The notes below the pieces were generated by a model. The model had not been told where the DNA came from and did no database searches. It was given only the letters and a program-made list of their open reading frames with translations. This document shows, piece after piece, positions 45,203 to 53,558 of a stretch of 64,000 bases of DNA. The first letter of the stretch is position 1. Every line of letters starts with the position of its first letter. This DNA comes from an uncultured Bacteroidia bacterium (lineage in GTDB: Bacteria > Bacteroidota > Bacteroidia > Bacteroidales > CAJPTX01): NCBI GenBank assembly GCA_938038735.1, contig CALHSW010000073.1, positions 30,486-94,485 on the forward strand, given 5' to 3'. The translations under genes were made by a program, and so were the position numbers.

Positions 45203-46480
45203 CTACTCGTAGCGCAGCGCCTCAATAGGATCTAGCGATGCAGCGCGCTTCGCGGGTACGTACCCCGCCAGCAGCCCCACCGCCACGGCGAGCGCAAGGC
45301 TAAACAGCGCCCACATCACCGGCACCACAAAGGACAGGTGCATCACGTTCGCCAACACGCTCCCGATCACCGTGCCGAGCAGCATCCCCGCAACCCCGCC
45401 GATGAACGTTATTGATATTGACTCGATCAAGAACTGCCTACGTATAGCCCCCGCCTTTGCGCCGATCGCCTTTCGCACACCAATCTCCTGCGTACGCGAC
45501 TTCACCGAGGCCAGCATGATATTCATCAGCCCCACGGCCGATCCGAATAGGGTAACCAATCCGATAAGCATAGATGCCATACTGACAGAAGCCATCGAGC
45601 TCATAACCACCTTCAATATCTGGTCGGAACGCGTAATGTTGAAATTGCTCGGCTGCGCCGGGCGGAGCTGCCGCACCCGCCGCATTTGCTCCTCGCAGTG
45701 CTCCACGAGCCGGTCAAGATTTCCCATGGCATGGGGAGTAACCTGCAGCACGAAATCGGGTGACTTTTTGCGGTAGGTAACCAACGCGTTGCGGTAAGGA
45801 ATGAGTACATCGTCATTGCTATCCATGCCAAAGCTTGACGCCTGCTTCGCAAGTACCCCAACTACCGTGTAGGGGATTGAACCGATCGTCACCGTTTGCC
45901 CTATCGGATCCCCCTGCCCATCAAAAAGCTTTTCGTAGAGTGCCCAGCCAAGTACCGTCACAAAGTTTCCTTGCTGCATCTCGTGCGGTGTGAAATCGCG
46001 TCCAAGCGCAAACGCCCTCCCGGTCACATCTGCGTAGCCCGTCGACACGCCCGACACGCGCATGGTTGGGCGCGTCTGCTTGCCCCCGTGCGACAGCTGC
46101 GTCGACGTACCAAATATAAAAAAGGCTGCGCGCCCATGCGGGGCAATGCACTGCATGAATTCCGAGCATTGCTGGGCACTAAGAGCTTGGAAATCACCAC
46201 CCCACACATTACGCTCCCCATTGGAATAAACCGATACCGACCAGCTAGTAATCATCACCGGCGCACCCATCTGCATGTTTAGCATTGAGGTAATTGATGA
46301 CTGTAGGGCGTTGAGCACCGTCAGCATCGACATGAGCGCCGCGATACCCACCGCCACGATGACCATCGTCAGGATGCTTCGAACCTTGTTGGAGACTATA
46401 GCACCCCACGCCACGCGTAGATTTTCGCGTACCCCAATCCACCACCTATGCAGCATCTTAGCACCACTCCGCATCGCCAA
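45203..46480 (-). CDS. ABC transporter permease, FtsX/MacB/LolE-like (4 TM plus periplasmic core domain)
   Basis: 425 aa. It has TM1 (VRSILTMVIVAVGIAALMSML), a ~230-aa periplasmic domain and a C-terminal FtsX region (EIGVRKAIGAKAGAIRRQFLIESISITFIGG). There is no adjacent ATPase gene. Confidence 0.8.
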   Translation of the reverse strand: MAMRSGAKMLHRWWIGVRENLRVAWGAIVSNKVRSILTMVIVAVGIAALMSMLTVLNALQSSITSMLNMQMGAPVMITSWSVSVYSNGERNVWGGDFQALSAQQCSEFMQCIAPHGRAAFFIFGTSTQLSHGGKQTRPTMRVSGVSTGYADVTGRAFALGRDFTPHEMQQGNFVTVLGWALYEKLFDGQGDPIGQTVTIGSIPYTVVGVLAKQASSFGMDSNDDVLIPYRNALVTYRKKSPDFVLQVTPHAMGNLDRLVEHCEEQMRRVRQLRPAQPSNFNITRSDQILKVVMSSMASVSMASMLIGLVTLFGSAVGLMNIMLASVKSRTQEIGVRKAIGAKAGAIRRQFLIESISITFIGGVAGMLLGTVIGSVLANVMHLSFVVPVMWALFSLALAVAVGLLAGYVPAKRAASLDPIEALRYE

Positions 46481-46486
46481 GCCCCA

Positions 46487-47260
46487 TCATTCATTATCAG
46501 AATCCATCGACAGCGCGCTACACACCTGCGCGCATGCCGCTTGCTCCGCAAGCTTCTTTCGCACCCCCGTGCCTTGGCCGAGAAGCTTGTCCCCAACCGA
46601 CACCTTGGCTAGGAAACGCCCCGCCTCGTTAGGATCTGCAATCACCTCTATCGCAACGGGCAAATCCTTCTTTTTGGCCCACATGTAAACCTGCGACTTC
46701 GGGTCTACGCTATGCGCCTCCAACTCAGTGAAATCCACATTGTCTTTCAGGACCCTATCCACAAATACCCGTCGTGTCGCCTCAAAACCAACATCCAAGA
46801 AGAGCGCGCCAAAGAACGCCTCCAGCACATCACCCTTCATACGCATGGAGAAGTTCCGCCCCCCCGACATCCTCACCGCCAGCCCGCCCAGCCCGATCCG
46901 CTCGGAAAGCTGATTAAAACTCTTTCGGCACACAATGCATGAACGCAGCTGCGTGAGCCGCCCCTCATCGCGCAGGGGGTAGCGATGGAAGAGAAAATCG
47001 CTCACAATCAGCTCCAAAACTGCATCGCCGAGATACTCAAGCCGTTCATTCGTAACCTTCATCCCCGATTGAAGCTCCATCGGCGCCCCGCGGTGCGTAA
47101 AGGCAACCCGGTAGAAATCCAAGTGGCCCGGATACACTCCGAGCCTGTGAACCAAAAAGTCCACAAGCTCGGGTTCTTCCTTTCGCAGCTTAGCGTACTT
47201 GCTCCTCCTACGCCACGACGCGCACCACGCTCGTATACTCAATGCCGCATCCGCTCTCAC
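46487..47260 (-). CDS. rnc: ribonuclease III
   Basis: 257 aa. It has the RNase III signature NERLEYLGDAVLELIVSDFLF and a C-terminal dsRBD (GRFLAKVSVGDKLLGQGTGVRKKLAEQAAC). Its start overlaps the fabF stop by 4 nt. Confidence 0.9.
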   Translation of the reverse strand: MRADAALSIRAWCASWRRRSKYAKLRKEEPELVDFLVHRLGVYPGHLDFYRVAFTHRGAPMELQSGMKVTNERLEYLGDAVLELIVSDFLFHRYPLRDEGRLTQLRSCIVCRKSFNQLSERIGLGGLAVRMSGGRNFSMRMKGDVLEAFFGALFLDVGFEATRRVFVDRVLKDNVDFTELEAHSVDPKSQVYMWAKKKDLPVAIEVIADPNEAGRFLAKVSVGDKLLGQGTGVRKKLAEQAACAQVCSALSMDSDNE

Positions 47261-48510
47261 TCGAAGCGCTTAAACACTATCGAAGAGTTATGCCCGCCAA
47301 AGCCAAACGTGTTGGACAGCACGCAATTCACCTTGCGCTCCTTCGCCTTGTTGGGCGTTAAATCAATGCGCGGATCTATCGCTTCATCAACGTTATTCAG
47401 GTTGATCGTGGGCGGCACAATCCCCTTCTGCATCGCGAACAGGCAAGCCAACGCCTCCACAGCACCAGCCGCGCCCAGCAAATGCCCGGTCATGGACTTC
47501 GTAGAGCTAATGCTCACCTTGCCGTACACGCTCTCGCCGAATACGCTTTCCAACGCCTTTATCTCCGCCACATCGCCCAGTGGGGTTGACGTACCATGCA
47601 CGTTGACGTAATCAACGTCCTCCGGCCGCACGCCCGCCTCTTCAAGCGCCAGCTGCATCACCTTTGCAGCCCCAAGGCCCTCCGGATGTGGAGCAGTCAA
47701 ATGGTGGGCATCGCCCGTCATTCCCGTACCCGCAACCTCAGCGTAGATCTTCGCGCCCCTACGTTGCGCATGCTCAAGCTCCTCCAGGATCAGCACCCCA
47801 GCGCCCTCCCCCATCACAAAGCCGTCGCGCTCCTTGTCAAAGGGCCGAGAGGCCCCCTGCGGATCATCGTTGCGGGTGGAAAGTGCCATCATGGCACCAA
47901 AGCCCCCAACGCCCGGCTGATTAATAGCCGCCTCCGAACCGCCCGTGATGAACACATCTGCCTTACCCAAACGGATAAGGTTCGTAGCATCAATGATGGC
48001 ATGGGTGGATGATGCGCAGGCCGACACTACCGAGTAGTTCGGCCCACGGAATCCATACCGAATGGAAATCTGACCCGCCGCAATGTCGGAAATCATCTTG
48101 GGAATGAAGAAGGGGTTGAAACGTGGCGTTCCATCCCCCTTAAAGAAGCCCTCGGCCTCCTCCCAAAACGTTCCGATGCCGCCTATGCCCGACCCCCACA
48201 CCACGCCTGCTCGCTCAAGGTCAACCTCCGAATCCAAAAGGTGCGCATCCTGCATCGCCTCATGCGCCGCAACCATCGCGTACTGCGCGTAGAGGTCAAG
48301 CTTACGCGCCTCCTTACGATCAAAATGATCCTTTGCGTCGAATCCCTTTAGCTCACACGCAATCCTCGTCTTAAACTTCGAGGCATCAAAGTGCGTTATC
48401 GGTGCGCAGCCGCTTTTTCCAGCGGCCAAAGCCTCCCAAAACGCCGACAGCGTATTTCCTATCGGCGTGAGAGCCCCCGCACCGGTCACAACCACGCGTT
48501 TCAATTCCAT
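47257..48510 (-). CDS. fabF: beta-ketoacyl-ACP synthase II
   Basis: The track ORF extends to 48531; the start is taken at MELKRVVVTGAGALTPIGN. It has the active-site region VVSACASSTHAI plus HGTSTPLGD and NTFGFGGHN. Confidence 0.95.
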   Translation of the reverse strand: MELKRVVVTGAGALTPIGNTLSAFWEALAAGKSGCAPITHFDASKFKTRIACELKGFDAKDHFDRKEARKLDLYAQYAMVAAHEAMQDAHLLDSEVDLERAGVVWGSGIGGIGTFWEEAEGFFKGDGTPRFNPFFIPKMISDIAAGQISIRYGFRGPNYSVVSACASSTHAIIDATNLIRLGKADVFITGGSEAAINQPGVGGFGAMMALSTRNDDPQGASRPFDKERDGFVMGEGAGVLILEELEHAQRRGAKIYAEVAGTGMTGDAHHLTAPHPEGLGAAKVMQLALEEAGVRPEDVDYVNVHGTSTPLGDVAEIKALESVFGESVYGKVSISSTKSMTGHLLGAAGAVEALACLFAMQKGIVPPTINLNNVDEAIDPRIDLTPNKAKERKVNCVLSNTFGFGGHNSSIVFKRFE

Positions 48511-48559
48511 AGCTCTCGGCATTATTCGCAAATCGCTACTCTAGAAACGTCCGTAACGC

Positions 48560-48796
48560 CTACTTTTCCACATGCGCCTCGATGTACGAAATCGCATCGC
48601 CCACCGTGGCAATCTTCTCCGAGTCCTCGTCAGGAATCTGTATCCCGAACTCCTTCTCAAAGTCCATTATCAGCTCTACCGTATCAAGCGAATCTGCGCC
48701 CAAATCGTTCGCAAAGCTTGCACCCGGCACCACTGCGCTTTCGTCCACCCCTAGCTTCTCCACGATAATCGACTTCACCTTTCCTGTTACATCCAT
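48560..48796 (-). CDS. acpP: acyl carrier protein
   Basis: 78 aa from Met25 of the track ORF ([17 protein letters not shown]...). The phosphopantetheine site is [13 protein letters not shown]. Confidence 0.95.
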   Translation of the reverse strand: MDVTGKVKSIIVEKLGVDESAVVPGASFANDLGADSLDTVELIMDFEKEFGIQIPDEDSEKIATVGDAISYIEAHVEK

Positions 48797-48884
48797 GATT
48801 GAAACCCTCTTTTGATTCAACAACCTGAAAAAAACACACCTCCACGGAGCGTATTTGTTAAAGCACACCTCCCGAAGGCAAGCG

Positions 48885-48892
48885 CAAAGGTA
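48885..48892 (-). promoter_or_regulatory. -7 promoter motif (TACCTTTG) for acpP-fabF-rnc
   Basis: The reverse complement of caaaggta matches the motif, 89 nt upstream of the acpP ATG. It is divergent from the purN promoter motif. Confidence 0.55.
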
Positions 48893-48906
48893 AAGAGTTT
48901 TCTTCT

Positions 48907-48914
48907 TACTTTTG
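48907..48914 (+). promoter_or_regulatory. -7 promoter motif (TACTTTTG) for purN
   Basis: Matches TAnnTTTG, 61 nt upstream of the purN ATG. Confidence 0.5.
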
Positions 48915-48974
48915 CCATCAAAAGGGAAAGTTTAATCACGCCTAAAGGATAAGACTAATCACAACAAACTGATA

Positions 48975-49544
48975 ATGAAAAGAATAGCTATTTTCGCCTC
49001 GGGCAATGGAACTAACGCAGAACGTCTATTTTCTCGATTTGAAAACGAGAAAAACGCAGAAATCGCACTTTTGCTCTCCGATCAACCCACCGCATTTGCG
49101 CTGCAGCGCGCCAAGAATCATGGCGTTCCCGCCCTCTACATTCCGCGCGGCCGCAATTTCACAAGCGAAACGCTCCGCGCCCTCGAGCAAAACTCCATCG
49201 ATTTCATCGTCCTGGCGGGCTTCCTATGGAAGGTACCCAGCGAAATCGTGGCGCGCTACCCCCATCGCATCATAAATCTTCACCCAGCACTGCTACCAAA
49301 GTACGGTGGTAAAGGTTTTTACGGCGATGCGGTGCACCAAGCCGTAATCGCTGCCCATGAAACGCTCTCCGGCATCACCATACACTATATAGACCAAGAA
49401 TACGACAAGGGAGAAATCATCTTCCAAGCCACATGCCCCGTGCTCCCGAACGATACCCCCGAATCGCTCGCCGCACGCATCCACGCCCTAGAGCATGAAC
49501 ACCTGCCGGAGGTTACCTATCAGCTCGTAAAAAATTTAGAGTAG
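48975..49544 (+). CDS. purN: phosphoribosylglycinamide formyltransferase
   Basis: 189 aa with IAIFASGNGTNAE, FIVLAGF, INLHPALLPKYGGKG and TIHYIDQEYDKGEII. Confidence 0.9.
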   Translation: MKRIAIFASGNGTNAERLFSRFENEKNAEIALLLSDQPTAFALQRAKNHGVPALYIPRGRNFTSETLRALEQNSIDFIVLAGFLWKVPSEIVARYPHRIINLHPALLPKYGGKGFYGDAVHQAVIAAHETLSGITIHYIDQEYDKGEIIFQATCPVLPNDTPESLAARIHALEHEHLPEVTYQLVKNLE

Positions 49545-49863
49545 CAACGTAGTAAAAGGACCTCTAGGCCCTCACCGCCCCTCGCACTGCCTCTGTAGGT
49601 CAAAGCGATGGGGCATCGTGCGCATTTACCACGCCGCTCCGCAGCCCATCCCATTCGCAGAGCGTGGAGCGCAATCGTTATGCCTTGCCTCTAGCTAGCT
49701 AAGCTGACTGCAGAATGCGGCGATAAAGCGCTAAATACCAATTAAATACCGGTATAACATCTCCAATAGTAACGGTAAAATATACCTAGCAACGGCGTAG
49801 CCTGCCTCCTAGGCAACTAACGGTTGGCCACCCATTACTACCCACCTTCACTCCGCCCCCTTC

Positions 49864-49907
49864 GCTACCAAACCCAATTTTTGACGGCAATAATTGGGTT
49901 TGGTAGC
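49864..49907. repeat. perfect 16-bp inverted repeat (stem-loop) in a 438-bp non-coding gap
   Basis: GCTACCAAACCCAATT (49864-49879), a 12-nt loop, then AATTGGGTTTGGTAGC (49892-49907). It lies 34 nt upstream of the next promoter motif. Confidence 0.9.
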
Positions 49908-49940
49908 CTTCTATTTCCGTGTTTCATGGCTACGGCGTGC

Positions 49941-49948
49941 TATCTTTG
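49941..49948 (+). promoter_or_regulatory. -7 promoter motif (TATCTTTG) upstream of the DUF6266-like ORF
   Basis: Exact motif 35 nt upstream of the ATG at 49983. Confidence 0.55.
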
Positions 49949-49982
49949 CCAAGCAGAGAATTAACCACGAACTGATTCAACC

Positions 49983-50795
49983 ATGGCAGTTTACATCCCT
50001 ATCCGCCCAAAATGGAACCCCCGCGGCGTAGTGGTCAACTACGTTGCCTGCGGCCAGCTCTGCGTGCGAAGCTGGCCGAGCCAATATCACGATGCCAACA
50101 CCGCCGCGCAGCAACGCCAGCGGGGTAGGATGGCGCAGGTGTGCAATGCCCTGCCCTTCGTAAAGGAGCTACTGGCCCTGGGCTATTCGCCCCGCACCAA
50201 GCGCAATGGGCGCACCGTGGGAAGCTACCACGCAGCCGTTTCCACCGCCCTGCGCAGCTGGTTTATTCAAACGCCGCAGGGCAATACCCTTGACCTCAGC
50301 CGCATGCGCCTCACCGATGGCATACACGTACCTCCTAAGGGGCTATCTGTGAAACGAATAGGGCAAGACTTACAGATTGCGTGGGCATGCGCCATCCCGT
50401 GGCAGGGGGGGGCCATCCTGCTGGCCGCCCGCGAAATCGCCTCAAACCAATGGATAAGCCTTCCCTGCCACCCCGAACAGGGGGCTACGTGCATGATAAT
50501 CCAACTGCCAGAGGCATGGAAAGGGAAAGCGATAGAAACGTGGGTCGCTTTCGTGGGCAACCATGACCGTTTAAAAACGAAAACGCACTACGAAAAAATC
50601 GCACCAAACCGTTCCACCGCAGCTACAACAACTCAACAATATAACATTCAGCCACTTACAGTTCAATTAGCCAAAAAGGGGAAGCGTGGATACGCCTTGC
50701 AAACCGGATGCAAATGCAATAAAACCGCACCGTGCCGCACTGAACAGAAATGTAAATTTGGGCTACGGCATGTATTTTGCACCTATAAATGTTGA
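49983..50795 (+). CDS. hypothetical protein, DUF6266-like
   Basis: 270-aa ORF with its own promoter motif. The N-terminal layout is G(V)VVNYV..G...VRSWP, then NTAAQQRQRGRMAQVCNALPFVKELLALGY. This resembles what I recall of DUF6266 proteins. The Lys/Cys-rich last ~50 aa look atypical and may be read-through. Confidence 0.45.
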   Translation: MAVYIPIRPKWNPRGVVVNYVACGQLCVRSWPSQYHDANTAAQQRQRGRMAQVCNALPFVKELLALGYSPRTKRNGRTVGSYHAAVSTALRSWFIQTPQGNTLDLSRMRLTDGIHVPPKGLSVKRIGQDLQIAWACAIPWQGGAILLAAREIASNQWISLPCHPEQGATCMIIQLPEAWKGKAIETWVAFVGNHDRLKTKTHYEKIAPNRSTAATTTQQYNIQPLTVQLAKKGKRGYALQTGCKCNKTAPCRTEQKCKFGLRHVFCTYKC

Positions 50796-50891
50796 CCCTC
50801 GGTGCGGGTCAACAAAAATAACTAGTACCGATAGCTCTTTGCCATCTTCAGCCGAATGCGCTCCGAACGATTTGAATTCAGAAAATATTCA

Positions 50892-50899
50892 TAACTTTG
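50892..50899 (+). promoter_or_regulatory. -7 promoter motif (TAACTTTG) for rpmH
   Basis: Exact motif 68 nt upstream of the rpmH ATG. Confidence 0.55.
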
Positions 50900-50966
50900 C
50901 GGCGGTTTTGCCTGCGGCGCACAGCCAGGGTGACCATAGTAATTCAAAGTCAAAGAGGATACATTC

Positions 50967-51128
50967 ATGAAGAGGACATTCCAGCCATCGGTACGCAAAA
51001 GGAGGAATAAGCATGGTTTTAGGCAGCGTATGGCAACGGCGAACGGGCGACGCGTACTCGCCGCAAGAAGGGCAAAAGGGCGTCATAAGCTCACGGTTTC
51101 TGACGAATTCAACGGCCAGAAGAAGTAG
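50967..51128 (+). CDS. rpmH: 50S ribosomal protein L34
   Basis: It is too short for the ORF track (53 aa). The sequence is [53 protein letters not shown], an unmistakable L34 sequence. Confidence 0.95.
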   Translation: MKRTFQPSVRKRRNKHGFRQRMATANGRRVLAARRAKGRHKLTVSDEFNGQKK

Positions 51129-51135
51129 CTTGGCT

Positions 51136-51741
51136 ATGCAGCGGAGCAAACTCTTTGCACTTATAGCCGTGCTGATCATGGTAGGCACGCTGGGTGCGGG
51201 GCGGTCTGTGAACGCGCAGACTGCAAAGAAGCAGCCGCTCGACAGCATTGTGCTCACCTCCGGAACAGTCAAGGTGGGCACGCTGAAAAATATTTTTGGA
51301 AGCAACGTATACTATATAGATACGCTGGGTAAGGAGCATTCGCTGAAGGAGCGGAACGTGCACCGCATTATATATAGCAACGGTCGCACGCAGACACTCA
51401 ACCAGAAGGCGGTGAGCGATGTGTCGGAGGAGGATTGGCGAATCGTGATGCTCGTTGACGACCCCAAGCAGGTGGAGGGTCTCTACGCACGGGGGGTTGT
51501 GTCGGGCAAGTCGAGCCCATCAAATAAGACCAAGCAGTCGGCGCAGCGCAGCGCGGAGACGCGTATAAAGAAGCGTTGCGTAGCCAAGGGCGGCATCGTG
51601 GTGCTGATTACCAAGCGAATCACTACCGGCGGCTACGGCGAAACACCATCGTACTTCATTGAGGGCGAAGCCTACGGCTCCGAACCGCTCGACGAGAATA
51701 CGGAGGGGGAAGAGGGCACAGCGGACAGCGATGGGGAGTAG
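51136..51741 (+). CDS. secreted hypothetical protein (201 aa)
   Basis: The track ORF 51013-51741 overlaps rpmH out of frame. The signal peptide starts at Met42 (MQRSKLFALIAVLIMVGTLGAGRSVNAQ), giving a start at 51136, 8 nt after the rpmH stop. It has an acidic C-terminal tail and no recognisable motif. Confidence 0.6.
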   Translation: MQRSKLFALIAVLIMVGTLGAGRSVNAQTAKKQPLDSIVLTSGTVKVGTLKNIFGSNVYYIDTLGKEHSLKERNVHRIIYSNGRTQTLNQKAVSDVSEEDWRIVMLVDDPKQVEGLYARGVVSGKSSPSNKTKQSAQRSAETRIKKRCVAKGGIVVLITKRITTGGYGETPSYFIEGEAYGSEPLDENTEGEEGTADSDGE

Positions 51742-51765
51742 CATTTGCTAGCATGCGAAAGGCTT

Positions 51766-51801
51766 TTGCGCCGTCTCTCTCTAGAGACGGCGCAATTTTT
51801 T
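51766..51801 (+). terminator. rho-independent terminator
   Basis: 13-bp perfect stem TTGCGCCGTCTCT / AGAGACGGCGCAA with a 4-nt loop, followed by TTTTTT. Confidence 0.9.
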
Positions 51802-51835
51802 CCTATCGCTTCTTGGAGTTCTTACCATTTCTCCC

Positions 51836-51843
51836 TACCTTTG
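51836..51843 (+). promoter_or_regulatory. -7 promoter motif (TACCTTTG) for tRNA-Arg
   Basis: Exact motif 16 nt upstream of the mature tRNA 5' end. Confidence 0.6.
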
Positions 51844-51858
51844 CGCTCCGTACCTGAC

Positions 51859-51930
51859 GGCCCTATAGTTCAATGGATAGAACGAGAGTTTCCTAAACTC
51901 TAAATCTAGGTTCGATTCCTAGTGGGGCTA
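51859..51930 (+). tRNA. tRNA-Arg (anticodon CCT)
   Basis: Hand-folded cloverleaf. The acceptor is GGCCCTA/TGGGGCT (two G:T pairs). The D arm is GTTC-AATGGATA-GAAC. The anticodon arm is AGAGT-TTCCTAA-ACTCT, giving anticodon CCT. The variable loop is 4 nt, the T arm is CTAGG-TTCGATT-CCTAG, and the discriminator is A. No CCA is encoded. Confidence 0.8.
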
Positions 51931-52004
51931 CGAGCGAGGGAGGGGTGCCGTACAGCTCACCGTGGGTGCTTTGCGCCGCCACGGTTTAATTTGTATCTAT
52001 TGGT

Positions 52005-53306
52005 ATGAAAAACTTCATCGAGGAACTCACGTGGCGAGGAATGATCCATGACCTCACGCCCGGCACGGAGGAACATCTACAGGAAGCCCCGCGGGCGGCC
52101 TACGTTGGGATTGACCCCACCGCCGACTCGCTGCACATCGGGCACTTGGTCTCCGTGATGATACTCAAGCACTTCCAAGCGTGTGGGCACAAGCCCGTAG
52201 TGCTCATCGGCGGCGCCACGGGCATGATTGGTGACCCTTCAGGTAAGTCGCAGGAGCGAAACCTACTCACCAAAGAGCAAATTGAAACTAACATTGCGGG
52301 TATCAAAAAGCAGCTCTCCACGCTCCTAGATTTCAACGACAGCACGGAGAACCACGCCCAGCTCGTCAATAATTACGATTGGATTGCCCCATACTCCTTC
52401 ATCTCGTTCATTCGGGACATCGGGAAGCACATCACGGTAAACTACATGATGGCCAAAGATTCCGTGAAGCGACGCTTCGATGCCACGAGCGGCGCGCAGG
52501 GCCTATCGTTCACGGAGTTTTCGTACCAGCTCCTGCAAGCCACCGACTTTCTGCACCTCCACCGAGACCACGGCGTTACGCTACAGCTGGGCGGTTCGGA
52601 TCAATGGGGCAATATCACCACGGGCATTGAGCTCATCCGCCGCATAACGGGCGACCAGGTGTACGGCCTCACCTGCCCCCTCATCACAAAATCGGACGGT
52701 CGAAAATTTGGCAAAACGGAGCAAGGCAACGTTTGGCTCGATCCTGAGCGCACCTCGCCCTACAAATTCTACCAATTCTGGCTCAACACCGCCGACGATG
52801 AGGCCGAACGCTACATCAAAATATACACGTTGCTTGACCAACCCACCATTGAGTCGCTCATAGAGCAGCACCGCGCCGAGCCGCACCGCCGCATCCTACA
52901 GAATGCGCTCGCCGATGCGATTACCGAGATGGTGCACGGGAAGGCGGAGCTCGACAAGGCCAAGGAAGCCTCCACAATCCTATTCGGAAAGAACACCCAC
53001 GATGCGCTCATGCGGCTAGATGAACGCACCTTCCTCTCGGTGTTTGATGGGGTGCCAACGCACGATGTTCCCGCATCGGCTGTTGAGAACGGGGTTGACG
53101 TTGTCGCCCTGCTCGCGGAGCTGACCAATGTGTTTCCGTCGAAAGGGGAACTACGCCGCACCATTCAGGGCGGTGGCGTAAGCATAAACAAGGAGCGTGT
53201 CGATACGCCCGAAGCCACGGTCTCGAGGGCAGACGCTATCAATGGAAAGTACATCCTCGCCCAGCGCGGGAAGAAGGAGTACCATATCATACGACTTATA
53301 GCGTAG
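52005..53306 (+). CDS. tyrS: tyrosine--tRNA ligase
   Basis: 433 aa. It has the HIGH motif (SLHIGHLV), the KMSKS-type motif (KFGKTEQG) and a C-terminal S4-like domain. Confidence 0.95.
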   Translation: MKNFIEELTWRGMIHDLTPGTEEHLQEAPRAAYVGIDPTADSLHIGHLVSVMILKHFQACGHKPVVLIGGATGMIGDPSGKSQERNLLTKEQIETNIAGIKKQLSTLLDFNDSTENHAQLVNNYDWIAPYSFISFIRDIGKHITVNYMMAKDSVKRRFDATSGAQGLSFTEFSYQLLQATDFLHLHRDHGVTLQLGGSDQWGNITTGIELIRRITGDQVYGLTCPLITKSDGRKFGKTEQGNVWLDPERTSPYKFYQFWLNTADDEAERYIKIYTLLDQPTIESLIEQHRAEPHRRILQNALADAITEMVHGKAELDKAKEASTILFGKNTHDALMRLDERTFLSVFDGVPTHDVPASAVENGVDVVALLAELTNVFPSKGELRRTIQGGGVSINKERVDTPEATVSRADAINGKYILAQRGKKEYHIIRLIA

Positions 53307-53558
53307 CGTAGCAGTAGGCACTACGAAACAGTGGGTAGGCACTACGGTCTACTCCAAGTGAGATTATGGCAAAGCTGCATTCCTCACGCGCTACCAGTGT
53401 TGTTTTTTGGGTACTCTCGTGCATCGCGATACTACCCACGCACGAATTCTGAATAAAGCACTGCTTGATATATATCCGTACTCCTGTTTTCAAGGTGTAC
53501 ATTGGGCACGCAAAATCGGAGTAACACAACGGGGTATTACCGCAAAAAACAACGCACT

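Noticed and set aside
51013-51135. 5' extension of ORF 51013-51741, which overlaps rpmH.
   Set aside because: The region encodes L34 in another frame. The signal peptide of the downstream protein starts at 51136.
53314-53346. Direct repeat GTAGGCACTACG twice (53314-53325 and 53335-53346), each a 4-bp mini-hairpin, just after the tyrS stop.
   Set aside because: It is too short (12 nt, two copies) to tell apart from chance or a weak terminator remnant. It has no T-tract and no further copies in the window.
53296-53529. 77-aa minus-strand ORF in the tyrS-eptA intergenic region.
   Set aside because: It overlaps the tyrS 3' end, has a Cys-rich odd composition and shows no promoter motif or family signature.
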